Below are positions 13,520-26,235 of a stretch of 64,000 nt of DNA, one piece after another; within the stretch, counting starts at the first letter, position 1; each line of letters starts with the position of its first letter. Under the pieces are notes generated by a model, which did not search any database, was not told the origin of the DNA, and worked only from the letters and a program-made list of their open reading frames with translations. This DNA comes from Camelus ferus. Lineage: Eukaryota. The stretch spans positions 64,048,001 through 64,112,000 of the forward strand of contig NC_045707.1 in NCBI RefSeq assembly GCF_009834535.1, in the 5' to 3' direction. A program made the translations under genes and the position numbers.

Positions 13520-14820
13520 CAAATCCAGTAAAAATGCTCAGACATCATCCTTCACAGGGAAACATTAGAAGCCTTCCCTTTAAGGTCAGTAGCAAACAAG
13601 GATGCCTGCTATGACCCTTTCTGTTCAACAAAGGACTGCGTGTCCTGGCCGATGAAAGAGAGAAGTAAAGGAAATAAAGGACAAGACTATAAGGGAAGAT
13701 ACAAGGCTGTCAGTGTGTGTAGGTGATTTAATTGTTTACATGGAAAACTCCAAAGAATGAACAGACACTCTGTTAAAACGGAGAAGAGAGTTCAGTATGG
13801 TTGTTTGAGCACAAATCAATAAGTAAAAATCAATAGAATTCTTTTACACCAATAGCCAGTTAGAAAATGTAGTAGATTATAATATGATATTTACAGTAAT
13901 CAAAAGGAAATAAATAGTGTCTAGGAACTGACTTAAAAATGCGAAAGTTATTATGAATAATATTTTAAAACGTTATTAAAGGGCACAAAAGTAGACCTGA
14001 GTAGGAAGAAACGAATATAATATCATATGTCAATTGTACCTCAATGAAACAAAAACAAAAACAAAAACGCACATAAAGATGAAAAAGCCATCAGAAGTGA
14101 ATTGGGCACATACAAATCCACACATAGCTAAAATAATTCTTAGAAAGAAGAGCAATGTGGAGGGATATCTTACTAGATATTAATATATGTTATCAAGCTA
14201 TTGTAATTCAGTGTGATGCTGGTACTCGAAATGGCAAATAGGCAAAGATTAGAATACAATCTAAGACAAATCCACGTGAATATAGGAACTTGGCGAATTG
14301 TTGGTAGATCATTGAGGAGATGGTAAATTATTTAATAAACAGGATTTTGAAAACTGGCAAAATGTTTGGAGGGAAAACAGCCCCCAAGCTCACACCACAA
14401 TGTAATACAAAAATGAAGACCTAAAATAAAAGACATAACTATAACGCTGTTATAAAATAATGTTGGAGAATGTGTCTGTGAAAACAGAGTGGGAAAGGAT
14501 TTCTTAAACGAGGTGAAAAAAAAAATTCACAGACCATAGAAAAAATCGGTGTAATTGATGACATCCAAATGAATGATTTCCTGTTTTGTGTAAGACACTA
14601 TCAACAGGATGGGAGGAGGTGTTTGGGATGTGAACAACCAGTAAAGGGTTAAAACATAATGAAAAGTGACACTTCACAGAAGGGGAAAACTAAAACAATT
14701 GAAAAGCATAGGAAAAGAAGCTCAACTTGGGTAACTGCAAATACAAACTTTGCACATGACAGTGACAATGAAGAAAGAGCTGGATAGTGTCAAGTACTCC
14801 CAAGGCTGTGGGAGAGTAAA
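13520..14820 (+). mobile_element. Decayed old L1 ORF2 fragment (L1M)
   Basis: gccttccctttaaggtcagtagcaaacaaggatgcctgc ([16 protein letters not shown]), aagtaaaaatcaatagaatttc, aaaataattcttagaaagaag; no open frame. A short L1 tail is embedded at ~14020-14070. Confidence 0.7.
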
Positions 14821-15584
14821 CAGTCCATTCCCTTTTTTTTTCATTTGATGAATATTGGGGGGGGGGGCTTGCTAAGGGCCGGGCAATGTACTGGGCACTG
14901 CGGACGTAATGAGGAGCAAAGTAGCCATGGAGTCCCTGCACTCCCAGAGCTAACTGAGGGGTGATAGACAGTAAACAAGGAAGCAGACAACGGTTTTATT
15001 TCAAATCGAGGTGAGTTCCATGGGAGGAACCTGCTTTAGATGGAAGGGAATCTAAAGGAATGTTTCTCCAAGGAAGCTGAGATCTGGGGAGTGAAAAGGA
15101 ATTAGTTTGCCAGGCACAGGGAAGAGCGTCCCAGTGAGGAGGGAGAGCTGTGGGAAGTCCCAAGCAGTGTGGTGTGTTCAGGGCTGAGAGACCAGTGTGG
15201 CAAGAACCTGGTGAGCAGTGAAGCCATCCTTGATGGGAGGCATGTGAAGACATCCCTGCAGGAAGACATGTGAAGACATCCCTGATGGGTGACGCAGGCA
15301 GGCCCATGCTATTTAACACCTGGGAGACCATTCACTTTTGAGAAGTGTAGCAATTGTGAGGATGACTATGCTTCAGAAAGACACTATCAAGTTGAGAATT
15401 TCTTTAAGTAGAAATGAAACATTTGTGGAAACATTTTGAAATATGTCATCTGACAGCTTGTTAAACAAGATTTTAGTTGACATACATATATGAATTAAGA
15501 CTATGGACTAAGTGGATATGACTAGTATCTCTGGAAAATGAGAATTTTTTTTCTTTATACATTTCTGTATCAAGTAAGTCTTTT

Positions 15585-15999
15585 TCCCCTCCTTTTCTTT
15601 TTAATTTAAGTATAGTAGGTTTACAATATTGTGTCAATTGCTGGTATACAGCATAATGTTTCAGTCATACGTTTACATACATATATTCCTTTTCATATTT
15701 TTTTAAATTCTAGGCTATTACGAGGTATTGAGTATAGTTCCCTGTGCTGTACAGTAGGACCTTGTTGTTTATCTATTTATATACAGTAGCTTGTATCTGC
15801 CAATCTCAAACTCCCAATTTATCCTTCCACCCTCCCTCTTCCCCCCTAGTAACCGTAAGTTTGTTTTCTATGTCTGTGAGTTTGTTTCTGCTTTGTAAAT
15901 AAATTCATTTGTGTCATTTTTTTTAGATTCTACATTTAAGTGATATCATACGGAATTTTTTTTACCTGGAGATTGTCATGCTAAGTGAAATAAGTCAGA
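15585..15999 (-). mobile_element. Short L1 3' end with ~36-bp 5' inversion
   Basis: Antisense L1 3'UTR to ~15963, then sense-orientation acctggagattgtcatgctaagtgaaataagtcaga. Candidate TSD taa(g/a)tctttt at 15575-15584 and 16000-16009. Confidence 0.75.
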
Positions 16000-16342
16000 T
16001 AAATCTTTTATAACTAGTATCTACTTATTTTTAATCAGAAACACAATAAAGCTTTTTCCTTTTGAAAATAAATTGCATATTAATTTCTCTATCAATGTAA
16101 AGAATGAAATAATAACTCTTTTCATCTTCCATAAAAGTTGAGAATTGCATTACCCTTTTAATTTTCTCCTATCTCTTCCCACTTTTAAGTTTTTGCCAAA
16201 AGAATGTGAGATTTTTAGATCCATAATATTATTACTAATTTTTCTGGTATCCTGTATCATATCATTTAAGACATATATTTTTACATTTGAACACTCTTAT
16301 GGTAATATTAACAAGTAGGTAATACATTATGTTTCACTGCCG

Positions 16343-16827
16343 TGTTTCAGTGTCCATTGCTATGTCACACACCACTCAAAAAGTTAGTGTCTTAAAAAAC
16401 ACCAGATTCTTCTCTCTTATAATTTTCTGGGTTGATGGGACTCATTTGGGTGGTCCTCACCTGGGGCCTCTCATGTGTTTACAGTTAGACAGAGGCTGAG
16501 GCTGGAGTCATTTGAAGGCTCAGCTGGGCTAGATATCTGAGGCGCTTCATGCTCCTCCCTGCGGCCCCTCCCTCTAGCAGAACCGCTGGTCCTTCCGACA
16601 GGGAGCTCAGCGCTTCAAGAGGAAGGAAGCGGAAGCTGCCGGGTCAGTTAGGGGCTCTGCCTGGAACTAGCATAGTGTTTGCAGTGTTCTGTTGACCACG
16701 GCAATCACAGGTCCAGCCCAGATGCATGACTGGGGAGAAACAGATTCTACCTCTTCTCTGGGGAGCAGAAAGGCCACATCACTTTGTGGTATATGGGTTT
16801 GTGGGAAAGGAGTTAATGTTGCAGCCG
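16343..16827 (-). mobile_element. MLT1-type MaLR solo LTR
   Basis: ggggcctctcatgtgtttacagttagacag...ggctggagtcatttgaaggctcagctgggct, typical MLT1 text. Confidence 0.7.
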
Positions 16828-17984
16828 TATTTCAGAACTTATCACAGTCATTCTTTTTTTTGTTGTTGTTACGCTTTTCCCATTCTTAAAATACTTTGAT
16901 TCAAGTCTCAGTCGGCTGGAACACTTCTTAGAGTAATTATTTCACGGAAGTAATATACTTCCTGAATCTTTATAAAGTCTTTTTGCCTTTAGGTGTGAAT
17001 GATAATTTGTATGAATTCAGAATTCCTGGATCACAGTCATTGTAGCATCCAAAGCATTTAGTGTTGTAGAGGAGCTGTCTGTTTCCAAACGTTTTTCTCA
17101 CTGTGCATTTTTTCTTCTCTCCCCACCTCCCATGCCCTATCTGGTCTGGACATATGTAATTTTCTTTTCCTGAAGACTTCGACTTCATCAGTTTTACCAT
17201 TCAAGCTCTAGGTTTCTTTCTTTCTACATAAATTTGGCCTGGCGTTCATTAATCCATTTGGGCTGAAGAAACAAACCTTCTCATAAGGAAAACTTATTCC
17301 ATAATTTCTAGTGATATTTACGTTATCTTTATATGCTCTATTTCTACAAAGAGTTCCTGTTATAAGCAAATTGTATCCTATGGATTTGTTCTCCATATCT
17401 CTAATTTTTTGCGTCTTTAAAAAAATTCACAGATTCAATTTTCTACAGTAACCTCATAAAATTTGATACCTTTATGGTAATAATGATTTTGAATAAAACA
17501 ATATTTACATACTTTAGATTATTCCTTTTATATAGATACTGTGTATTTTCAACTCTTGCTTGGAATACAAGTAAGAGATCTGTCATGCTGTCTCCCATTT
17601 CTTTCAGAAAGTCTGTTTAAGGATAAATGTGTATGTAGTGCTTCAGATCCCTGACCCTCTTTAAAAATGAAATAATATCTTGAGTTGGGTGATCTTTCCC
17701 GTTTTTGAAAATCCCCACACTGGGGATGTAGGGGTTGAGGTTTCCCCATCATTTGGAGTTATGAATTTTGTAGATTGTATGGATTCTCATTCAAATCTTT
17801 CAGAAGCTGACAACAGAAGAATAAGACATTTATTTGCAGTCGGTGCTAGTTCACAGGCTGGTGGGCGGAGGAAAGTAGGTGTGGCTCCTTCTTTCATTCA
17901 GGTCTCAATTCAAACGCCACCTCTTCAGAGAGGCCGCCGTTGACCGTTTTCTCAAAATTGATCTATCCCAATTTTTCTCTCTCT

Positions 17985-18208
17985 CAGGGGTTGGCAAACT
18001 ATGGTCCACAGGCTAACTCTGGCACACTGCCTGTTTTCGTAAGTGAAATCTTATTAGAGCACAGTCACACCCATTCATGTCTGTGTCACCTGTGGCTGCT
18101 TTTGTGCTGCGATAGCAGAGCTGAGTAGTTGCAACAGAGGCCAAACGGCACGTACAGCTTAAACCATCTACTGTGCGGCCCTTCACGGAAAGAATTTCCT
18201 GACTCCTG
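17985..18208. mobile_element. MER58A-like hAT-Charlie non-autonomous DNA transposon
   Basis: Termini caggggttggcaaact ... aatttcctgactcctg (diverged TIRs), ~224 bp, typical internal text. Confidence 0.8.
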
Positions 18209-18727
18209 CTCCGTCTGATCTCGTTTGTGTCCGTTACGTTGCGTGTCACACTTGTAATTGTCTTCTGTATTTCTTTCCTTCTTTATTATCCATCCCAACA
18301 AGGATGAAGGCTGCATGAGGTCAGGCATTTCATCTGCCTTCTTCGTCCATCTCTGTATCTCCCACCCGGGCCTAGTGTTTGGAATGTGATAGACCCTTGT
18401 TGTTTGCCAAACGCAGAAATGAAATTGATTTTTTTTAAATGCCATATGGTTCTACTCATTTCACTGGGAATTTGGGAGCAGGGTGGCGGGGAGTTAAATT
18501 TATTTTGGCTCAGTTAACATATTAAATTGGAAGTAGGTAACAAGAAGATTGGTGAATGAAATAAAGAAGATTTAGGAAGGAAGACTGAGGCAGAGGGACG
18601 TGAGGAAACCAGCAGAGAGTGGTGTGGAAAAGTCAAGAGCCGGAGGATTTCAATGGCAGGGAGTAAAAACTTTTATTAAATGCTGCAGCAAAAGAGCAAT
18701 TTAAAAAGTCTTGAAAATTGCCCTCTG

Positions 18728-19395
18728 CTCAGCTATTAAAAAATAATAAAATAATGCCACTTGCAGCAATATGGATGGACCTAGAGACTGTCATTCTTTT
18801 TCTTTTTTTTTTTTAAAAAGAGGAATGTGTTTATTCCATGATCAGTACAGACCAAATGCATATTCACTGTATGAAAGTCAAACCAGTCGGTGACTCCAGA
18901 GTTTGGCCAACACTGAGGCACCATCGTTGTGGTGTAGAGAGGGTTCTCATGGCAGACATAACCTCACCAAGGGTGGAGGTTGTCATTCTCAGTGAAATAA
19001 GCTAGAAAGAGAAAGAACTATACCATATGATATCAATTATATGTGGAATCTAAAAAAAGACAAACGAACTTCTTTACAAAACAGAAACAGATTCACAGAC
19101 ATAGAAAACAAATTTATGGTTATGAGGAGAGGGGATGGGAAGGGATAAAATAGGAGTTTGGGATTAGCAGATACAAACTACCATATATAGAATAGATAAA
19201 CAAGAAGTTCCCACTGTCTAGCATAGGGAACTATATTCAATATCTTGTAGTAACCTATGATGAAAAAGAGTATGAAAACGAATGTATGTATGCATATGTA
19301 TGACTGAATTATTATGCTGTATACCAGAAATTGACACAACATTGTAAACTGGCATTTCATTTAAAACACACACACACACACACACACACAGACAA
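18728..19395 (+). mobile_element. 5'-truncated L1 3' end with perfect 15-bp TSD; tail is (CA)n; contains a nested retrocopy
   Basis: TSD gaaaattgccctctg at 18713-18727 and 19396-19410. L1 text gcagcaatatggatggacctagag...aaattgacacaacattgtaaact. Confidence 0.9.
18798..18975 (-). pseudogene. 5'-truncated processed retrocopy of a cellular mRNA 3'UTR end
   Basis: Poly-T 18798-18814; tttatt (AATAAA on -) at 18830-18835; non-L1 body; 14-bp TSD with 2 mismatches, gagactgtcattct (18784-18797) / gaggttgtcattct (18976-18989). From memory it resembles the RCC2 3'UTR end; this is unverified, so no symbol is given. Confidence 0.8.
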
Positions 19396-19467
19396 GAAAA
19401 TTGCCCTCTGGTCTGCAGAGCCCGTGACGACATTGGCAAGGGCTGTCTGAGCGCAGTGGCTGGGAGC

Positions 19468-19930
19468 TGTGTTAATTTGCTAGGGCTGTCATACCAAAGC
19501 ACCACAAACTTGGTGGCTTAAAATAACAGAAGTTTATTCTCTCACAGTAGCAAATAAATCAGAAGTCTGGAGGCTAGAAGTCTGAAACCCAGGTGTCAGC
19601 AGGGCCATGCAAACTCTAGGGGAGGATCCTTCCTTGCCTCTTCCCCGCTGTTGGTGGGTGCCAGCAGTCCTTGGCTTGTGGCTGTGTCATTCTGATCTGC
19701 TCCCATCCTCACATGGTGTTCTCTAGGTGTGTCTCAGTGTTGCTGGGTCTTCGGATGGCCTTCTTGTAAGGATACCAGTTATTGGATTTAGGGCCCACCC
19801 TAATCCAGTCGGACCTCATCTTAACTTGATTTCATCTGCAAAGACTCTCTTTCCAAATAAGGTCACATTTACAGGTACTAGGAGTTAGGATTTCAGCATA
19901 TCCTTTTGGGGAACACAGTTAACCCACACT
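19468..19930 (-). mobile_element. MLT1A/B/C-type MaLR solo LTR
   Basis: tgtgttaatttgctagggctg...ggaggctagaagtctgaaa...gggcccaccctaatccag...ggggaacacagttaacccaca; candidate 5-bp TSD ggagc/ggagg. Confidence 0.85.
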
Positions 19931-20179
19931 GGAGGCTGAAGTCAGACAGCAGTAGACTGAGAAGTAAATGCTGCAAGGAAGTAAAGACAATGAAGAAAGA
20001 CTTCCAAAAACTTGATGGTGAAGAGAAGGAGGGGAATTGAGCAGTTGTTAGAGACACAGGGTTTGGGAAGATGTTTGAATGGCTAAGGGAAAGATTCACT
20101 AGAGAGGGAGGGTAAAAGAAAAGATATAGGAGAGAGAAAATGTTAACATAGTGAAGAACATGAGAAGACAGGAGAGGAC

Positions 20180-20608
20180 TGTGGTGGACTCTGTTCCTCC
20201 TCCCTCAACATCCATCCTTCCTCCCTCTGCTTCCTCTAGCTGTGTTCACTCAATTGTTAATATGAAGACCACGTTTCCTAGCTTCTTTTGTAGCTCAATG
20301 GGCCTTGTGATTAAAATCTGGCCATGAGAGGAAAGTTGATGCCCTGTGTGTTGACTGGAATGCATGCACAATGGCTGGGGCTCAGAAGTTATCTTGCACC
20401 ATGAGGTGGAAGCCATATGTTGAGAGAAATGGAGACATATATCAAAAAGAGCCACATCTCTGATGATTGTGGAGACTTTATATCAGCCCTGGCTTTGCTT
20501 ATGTACACTCTTAATTTTTGCAAAAGAGAAAGGGATTTCTATTCTCTTTTAACTGCTGTCAGTTTGTGTTTTCCTTCACTTGCAGTTGAACTTAATTGTG
20601 ACTGAACA
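20180..20608 (+). mobile_element. Old MLT1(J/K-like) LTR
   Basis: tttcctagcttcttttgtagct, atcttgcaccatgagg, ttcacttgcagttgaac...tgactgaaca. Confidence 0.55.
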
Positions 20609-23600
20609 GAGATCTAGGGCATGGTGTGAAGATTAGGCTCAGACCAGGCAGAAGTTAACTGAATTCACTGAAGCAGGAAGGAAGGAGGGAATGATGGCCA
20701 TGGGTGTAGATGCCCTGGTAAATAGATGGTGGGAAGTTTAGAGAGTTCTTGTCTTAAGACATTAATTTTCTCTGTCAAATAAGAGTAGAATTATTTGTCG
20801 AGAACAACAGAAGGGATTTTAGCAGAGCAGGTTTGAGGCTTGAGGTAGTTAGTGAAGATTTAACAAAAAGTGGTGAGGCATGAGAGAGAGCTGGTAAGTA
20901 AGGGTTTGGGGGTGGCACTGAGGTTGGAGACTACATAATTATAATAGTCAAGTAAACTCCTCTGTAGTGTTCTGTGGGGTAGAAGAAGATTTGCAGTAAA
21001 GGGTCAGTGATTAGACTTCCGCTTTATGGGATAAAGAAGGGATGAGTGGGCTTTGCAGCAACATTCAGCTACTGTGGATGCGACCTCTCCTATGTGATAA
21101 GTGGACTATATGAACACATCAGAATGCAACAATTCAGACCTCACTCCAGCTGTAAAAGGAACCAGCTTAGAAGGTGTGGCCCTTGAAGAAAGTTGCTGAA
21201 CACAGCAGCAGTGTGCGGGGAGCAGGGTGGGTACCACTCCTGAACATGCTGAGAAGAAATGCTCTGATATTGCACAGGTTCTGCCATTATTACCATCTTT
21301 GAGACAAAGGGAAATAAATCGAATTGGGCAGGTAACTAACTCACTGCTGCTCCATGCTGAAGTCAACTCCGAGTTGTTAGGACTTTTGTGTAAACAGCAC
21401 AAAACAGGGAGAGAGTGTAGCAAGCCCTACTTCAAATTGTTTTTTTTTTTTAACTTAAAGAAGTATTATTAGACCAATATTTTGTTTTGGTTTTATCACT
21501 GTGGTGGGAAAAAAAAGCATTATCATTTAGAGACAAAAGGAAACAGGTGAACAAACAGTGATAAAATCATGACAAAACTTGTGTTACTGATTTAGTACTT
21601 GACAGTTTTTAAGATACATTATGAACATGTGTTGTTGAATCTATAAACACCACTGTAAGGTAGGTTTTATTATGACTCCTTAACTTACAAATAAGGACAC
21701 TGAGGCTCAGAGGCTAACGATTTTTTCCAGGACACGTAACTAGCAAATACTAGAATCCAGGTTGACTCCAAGGTCCAATGGCTGCATTTAACCATCATCC
21801 TCCTCCTCCATATGGTGATTACTCACAATAAGTAATTAGTCTGGACAGCTCCACTGTGAAGTAGGCAAGGTTTTCATTTTCCATGAAGGCTCTCCAAGAG
21901 TCTGAGGCTTTTTCAAATTATTATTTAAAACTTCAATTTGTGGTTTGTGGTTGTTAGTTCAAGGCAACATATCCACCTAAAATGGAACCTCTCTTCTCTT
22001 GAATTTGCTCTGTTTTCTAAAGCCTATAAATCTCAAACTCTTGAAGATAGTATTCTGGGGCACTGTTGAGTGAAGAAAATATATCACATCCATGTTGGCC
22101 TCTAGAGGTCACAAATGCAACAGAATCCTGTTCTCTTCTCTTCGAGAGTGTTTTTGACAGCCCACAAACCACAATGGTTTTGATGCATGTGTGTGGTCGC
22201 TGTAATTCTTATGATTCTAATGAGCGCATTACAAGACTTAGTTTGCTTACAAATATGTCCAGAACCTTACTTTTAAAACCAGCATTTTCTGAATATTCAT
22301 TGCCTTGGAGAATAGAAAAAAGCAATAGAAAGATGTTTTTGGAACCTCTGCAGACTGTTTTATAAAAATGCAGAAAGTGAGGACACATTATTCTGAAGAA
22401 GACCAGTTAGAAATATTTGCCATCGCTTTTGGAATCTGGGTAAACCAATATACCAATGACAAATTAAAAAAACACTTATTTTATAGAGATGAGCAATAAA
22501 AATATTTGAAAAAAAACTTTATGTATTTGTGTATAGAAATACCTAGAAAAGTATTGTTAGTGTGCTGTTTACTTAAAACAGTTAAAACTTATAATTTAAA
22601 TTGGTTAAAATTTTATGAAGTCATTTTAAGGAGCAATAAATTGGGTGGGCAGTGGAGTTTTGAATTTTTTAATAGTTGAATTTTATGATGTTTTCCTAAT
22701 AAAAACCTCTACCCCTTGTTGGTCATTTATAGCCCACCAGGCATCATGCTTCATGCTCTTTAAATATATTATTCCACATATTTTCAGAACAACCTTTCGT
22801 TAAATTTAAAAACTGATGCTTTTTTTTTTGCTTGTTTTCTTCTTAGGAAATACTTCCAACTCTTTCCCACTAAATATTAACCTGGAGAAAATAAGCATAG
22901 GTAGTTCCATTTTTAAGTGACTTTTAAATGAAAATATCTGTCAGTCAAGGACATAGATTCACATTGAGAGGCAATTAAACAAAATTCCAGGTCGAATATA
23001 GGCAGTTAATAAAACATATGACGATTTTGCTATATCACCACCCTAATTTTTGCTTACGTTATGTTCCCTCGAGATTACTCCATAAAGCCACTTCTCAATA
23101 TTCTGCATGCCATGAATTGCAATAATGAGTAGTAAGTATTTAGTAGCAAGACCAACCAGGAACCAATGTTGAAAATCACTCAATGTGTCATTTTTACAGC
23201 AGAAACAGTAAGACGCAACGAAATGTACAGACATCATTAGAGGAATTGCCCTCTCCCTTCTTAGCCTACTTCTTTACGGTGTGGAAAGAGCATGCCTGGC
23301 CTTTGGAATTAAACAGAGGCTGGGTTTAAATCCTGACTCCATTATCTTGGGGAAGTTATGTATCCTCTCTGAGCCAGATTTCTCTCAGTGCAAGGTGATA
23401 ATTATATATTCTTAGCATGAAGCTGCCAGCATGGTGACTGCTCGGCCTAGCAGGCAGTCATTAACTCCTTAGCGCTACAGGAAAGAAGGGAGGAAGCAGC
23501 TGTGAGGTGGGGTCTTCCCTGCTGTCCGTTATCTTTGCCACTTCCTCCCCAGCAGAGGAGTTCTATTAACTCCCGGCAGTCCCTATTTTTAATTAGATGA

Positions 23601-23779
23601 TTGGAAAAGGAAGGGGATCATGGTGACACTGGCTGGCATCTGGATTAGTTGGCAAGGGCCGTTTGGCTTAACATACCACGTGAATAAAGAGTTTTGTACA
23701 TTATGTCCCAGAAGTCTCAGGGCAAATCTTCAAAAGACAGCAAAAAAAGAGAAATACTATTTGTAATGTGGACAGGCAA

Positions 23780-24035
23780 CATAGCAGAGGAGTTGTGAGA
23801 ACAGGTTCCAAAGCCAGACCACCTCGGTTTAAGTTCCACCTCTGCCACTTGCCAGCTGCGGAACCCTTTGCAAATTACTTAGCCTTTCTGTGCCTGTTTC
23901 TTCATTTTTAACATGGTGATTATTTGAGTCCTTACCTCTTGGGCTGTTGTGAAGGGTCCATAAGTTAATATGTGAAAAGTGTCAGAACGGCGCCTAACGT
24001 GTTGTAAGCACTACATGGGTGTTTACTGCTGTCAT
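23780..24035. mobile_element. MIR SINE
   Basis: ctctgccacttgccagctgc...gcaaattacttagcctttctgtgcctgtttcttcatt...gtgaaaagtgtcagaacggcgcct. Confidence 0.8.
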
Positions 24036-25804
24036 TAGTGATAACAAAATAAAACAAGTGCAAACTAGGCTGCCTAAGTTAAGAAAAGTTTAAATAAGGC
24101 TCACTGAAAAATGTCATTAATATAGGCTGTTTCCCTCTGCACCTTGAATTTTGATCCTGGTATATGAGTTTGAATAACTGAAAACAATGTACAGTTGAAA
24201 TCAGAGTGTAAATTCCAGATGAAATACTGCAGAACCACTGTGTTTATAGTTTTCACACCAAACCTAAAATGAATCCCAGTTTGCTTTAAACTGGTACCTT
24301 GGTTTGGTTGGTTTGGTTTCAAAGAGTAGGTGGTCCCTAAAAAAGTGTGATTTTTGGTAATTGTTTCAGAATATCTGAGGAGGCTTCAGTGTTTGAACTA
24401 AGACCAGGTCAGGTGATTTTGTTGTAAAAAATTGGTTTTTTTGAGAAATGCAGTCAGAACCTTTGAAAAAGAGGGCTAGATCTTGCCAAATCTAATATTA
24501 TAAAGACACAAAGATACTACCTACCTTTGTTTGTTTTTTCTTTTCCCTTTTTTTTCCTTTTCCCCCCTGTGCACTAGTTCAAGAAAACAGCTTGAAAAAT
24601 AGAGTAAGATCTGAATTTAGACTGCATTTAATTGCATGTGCATAGATAACTTCCCTAACATCTAGATTAATTTTTTACGCAGATATCTACAATTATTTTA
24701 AACTCAACACACTCCAATGAAACTTATATTCTCTCTTAAAATTCTATCATTTGTGGGGCTCCTCCAGTTCCATTAAGAGCACCATCACTCACCCAGTTTT
24801 CCATCTTGGACACCTTTGAGTCATTGTTTTGATCATAGAATCTTGTTAAATCTACATCTGGAATAACTAGCTGTGAAGTCTGTCTTTTTCATTTGCAGGG
24901 CCAGCTCTTTGTTCCACAGCTTTTGCTTGGCCGTGTTGGATAGTCTATGTACTTTCATGGTTTGGGGCCTCAAATCTAAAAATTTGCAACAGATTGTTTT
25001 AATACATTGTTTTAATAACTCCCTAGAATCTCAGTTTAATTACAGAATTCCGCTTCTCTTTCTAGTGATCCTGGAGGTCTTCTCTTATCTTTGTTTCTGG
25101 AGTAGTGTGTGTCCTAGAACATGGTAGATATTCCGTGAGTGTTTGTTGAATGAATGAATAAGCCCCCCACAGGGTGTCCATTTATTCATGTGCCAAGATG
25201 GTTTCATACAAGGTGGTGTCAACTATGAAGTCGTTCTAAGAAACAAAATGTGAGCGTAGTTTATTTAAATGGATGGCTTGGAGGGATTCTAGTTCAAAAG
25301 CATACACATTTTTGCAGGAAATCTAAGACTTGAAGAGAAGTATTAGTGAAGACCAAGTTTATTTAACACTCAGAGAGAATCATAAATTAGATCTGCAATC
25401 AGCTATTTTTTTTTTAATGTGATAGAAAAAAAGGCCTATTCCTCTCCGCTTCCCCCAATGAACTCTGTGGCAAGAATGGCCACCAGAGATTTGTGCTCCA
25501 CCCTCCACAGTATTGAGTGGTCTCTGGGAAGCAGCTGCCAAGCCAGCCCTCCAGGTGGTGGCAGGGCTATGTCATTGTTCCCACCAGTGGGTAATAGGGA
25601 AGGTGAGCTATTTCACTTTTGGACTAAGGAGGTTGAGAAGTGACATGCCTTCTTTATTCTATCTTTCCCACCCACCAGCTAGCATCTGAGGACTACGAGA
25701 CTTCCAGCAAGTGACAGAGAAATAAGGTGGAAAGAGCACATACCCCTTGCATCCTTGTTGTTGTGATTTTTTTAAAATTAGCATTTGTTAAGTAGAGCCT
25801 GGGG

Positions 25805-26235
25805 TGTTGGATGGTGAGTCCTGATTCAACAAAAGACCACAAGGGAATTGAAACAGAGAAGCTTGTTACTCACAGGTCCTTGAAGAGGCACATGGCATGC
25901 TTCAAAGACCTTGTGGGGAGGCTGAGAAAGGGTGCAGGCAGAGACACAGAACTTGGGGCACAGGCCTTTATTAGTGTCTGTGGGTAGAGTGCTTTGGGAT
26001 TCCTGGGCTAAGACCAGATTGCTCAGTTCAAACCCAAAGAGTGGGTGAGAATGCTTGTCACAGAGTGGTTGGGGGAGCATATCAGGAACTTAATTTACTT
26101 GTGACTCTATGGGCCGTTATCTAAGGCATGTGCTCGAGGACGGGGCTAGGGTCAGTTTAAGGCCCACGTAGGCTGCTTAACCACACAAAACGGATGTCGG
26201 TGCAGCAATATTATGGAGTAGTTTAAACTTTCAAT
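25805..26235 (-). mobile_element. ERV-type solo LTR inserted in an older MLT1-like element (~25465-26350)
   Basis: TG start; gcttgttactcacaggtcc and gcctttattagtg motifs typical of antisense LTRs. TSD not resolved. Confidence 0.5.
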
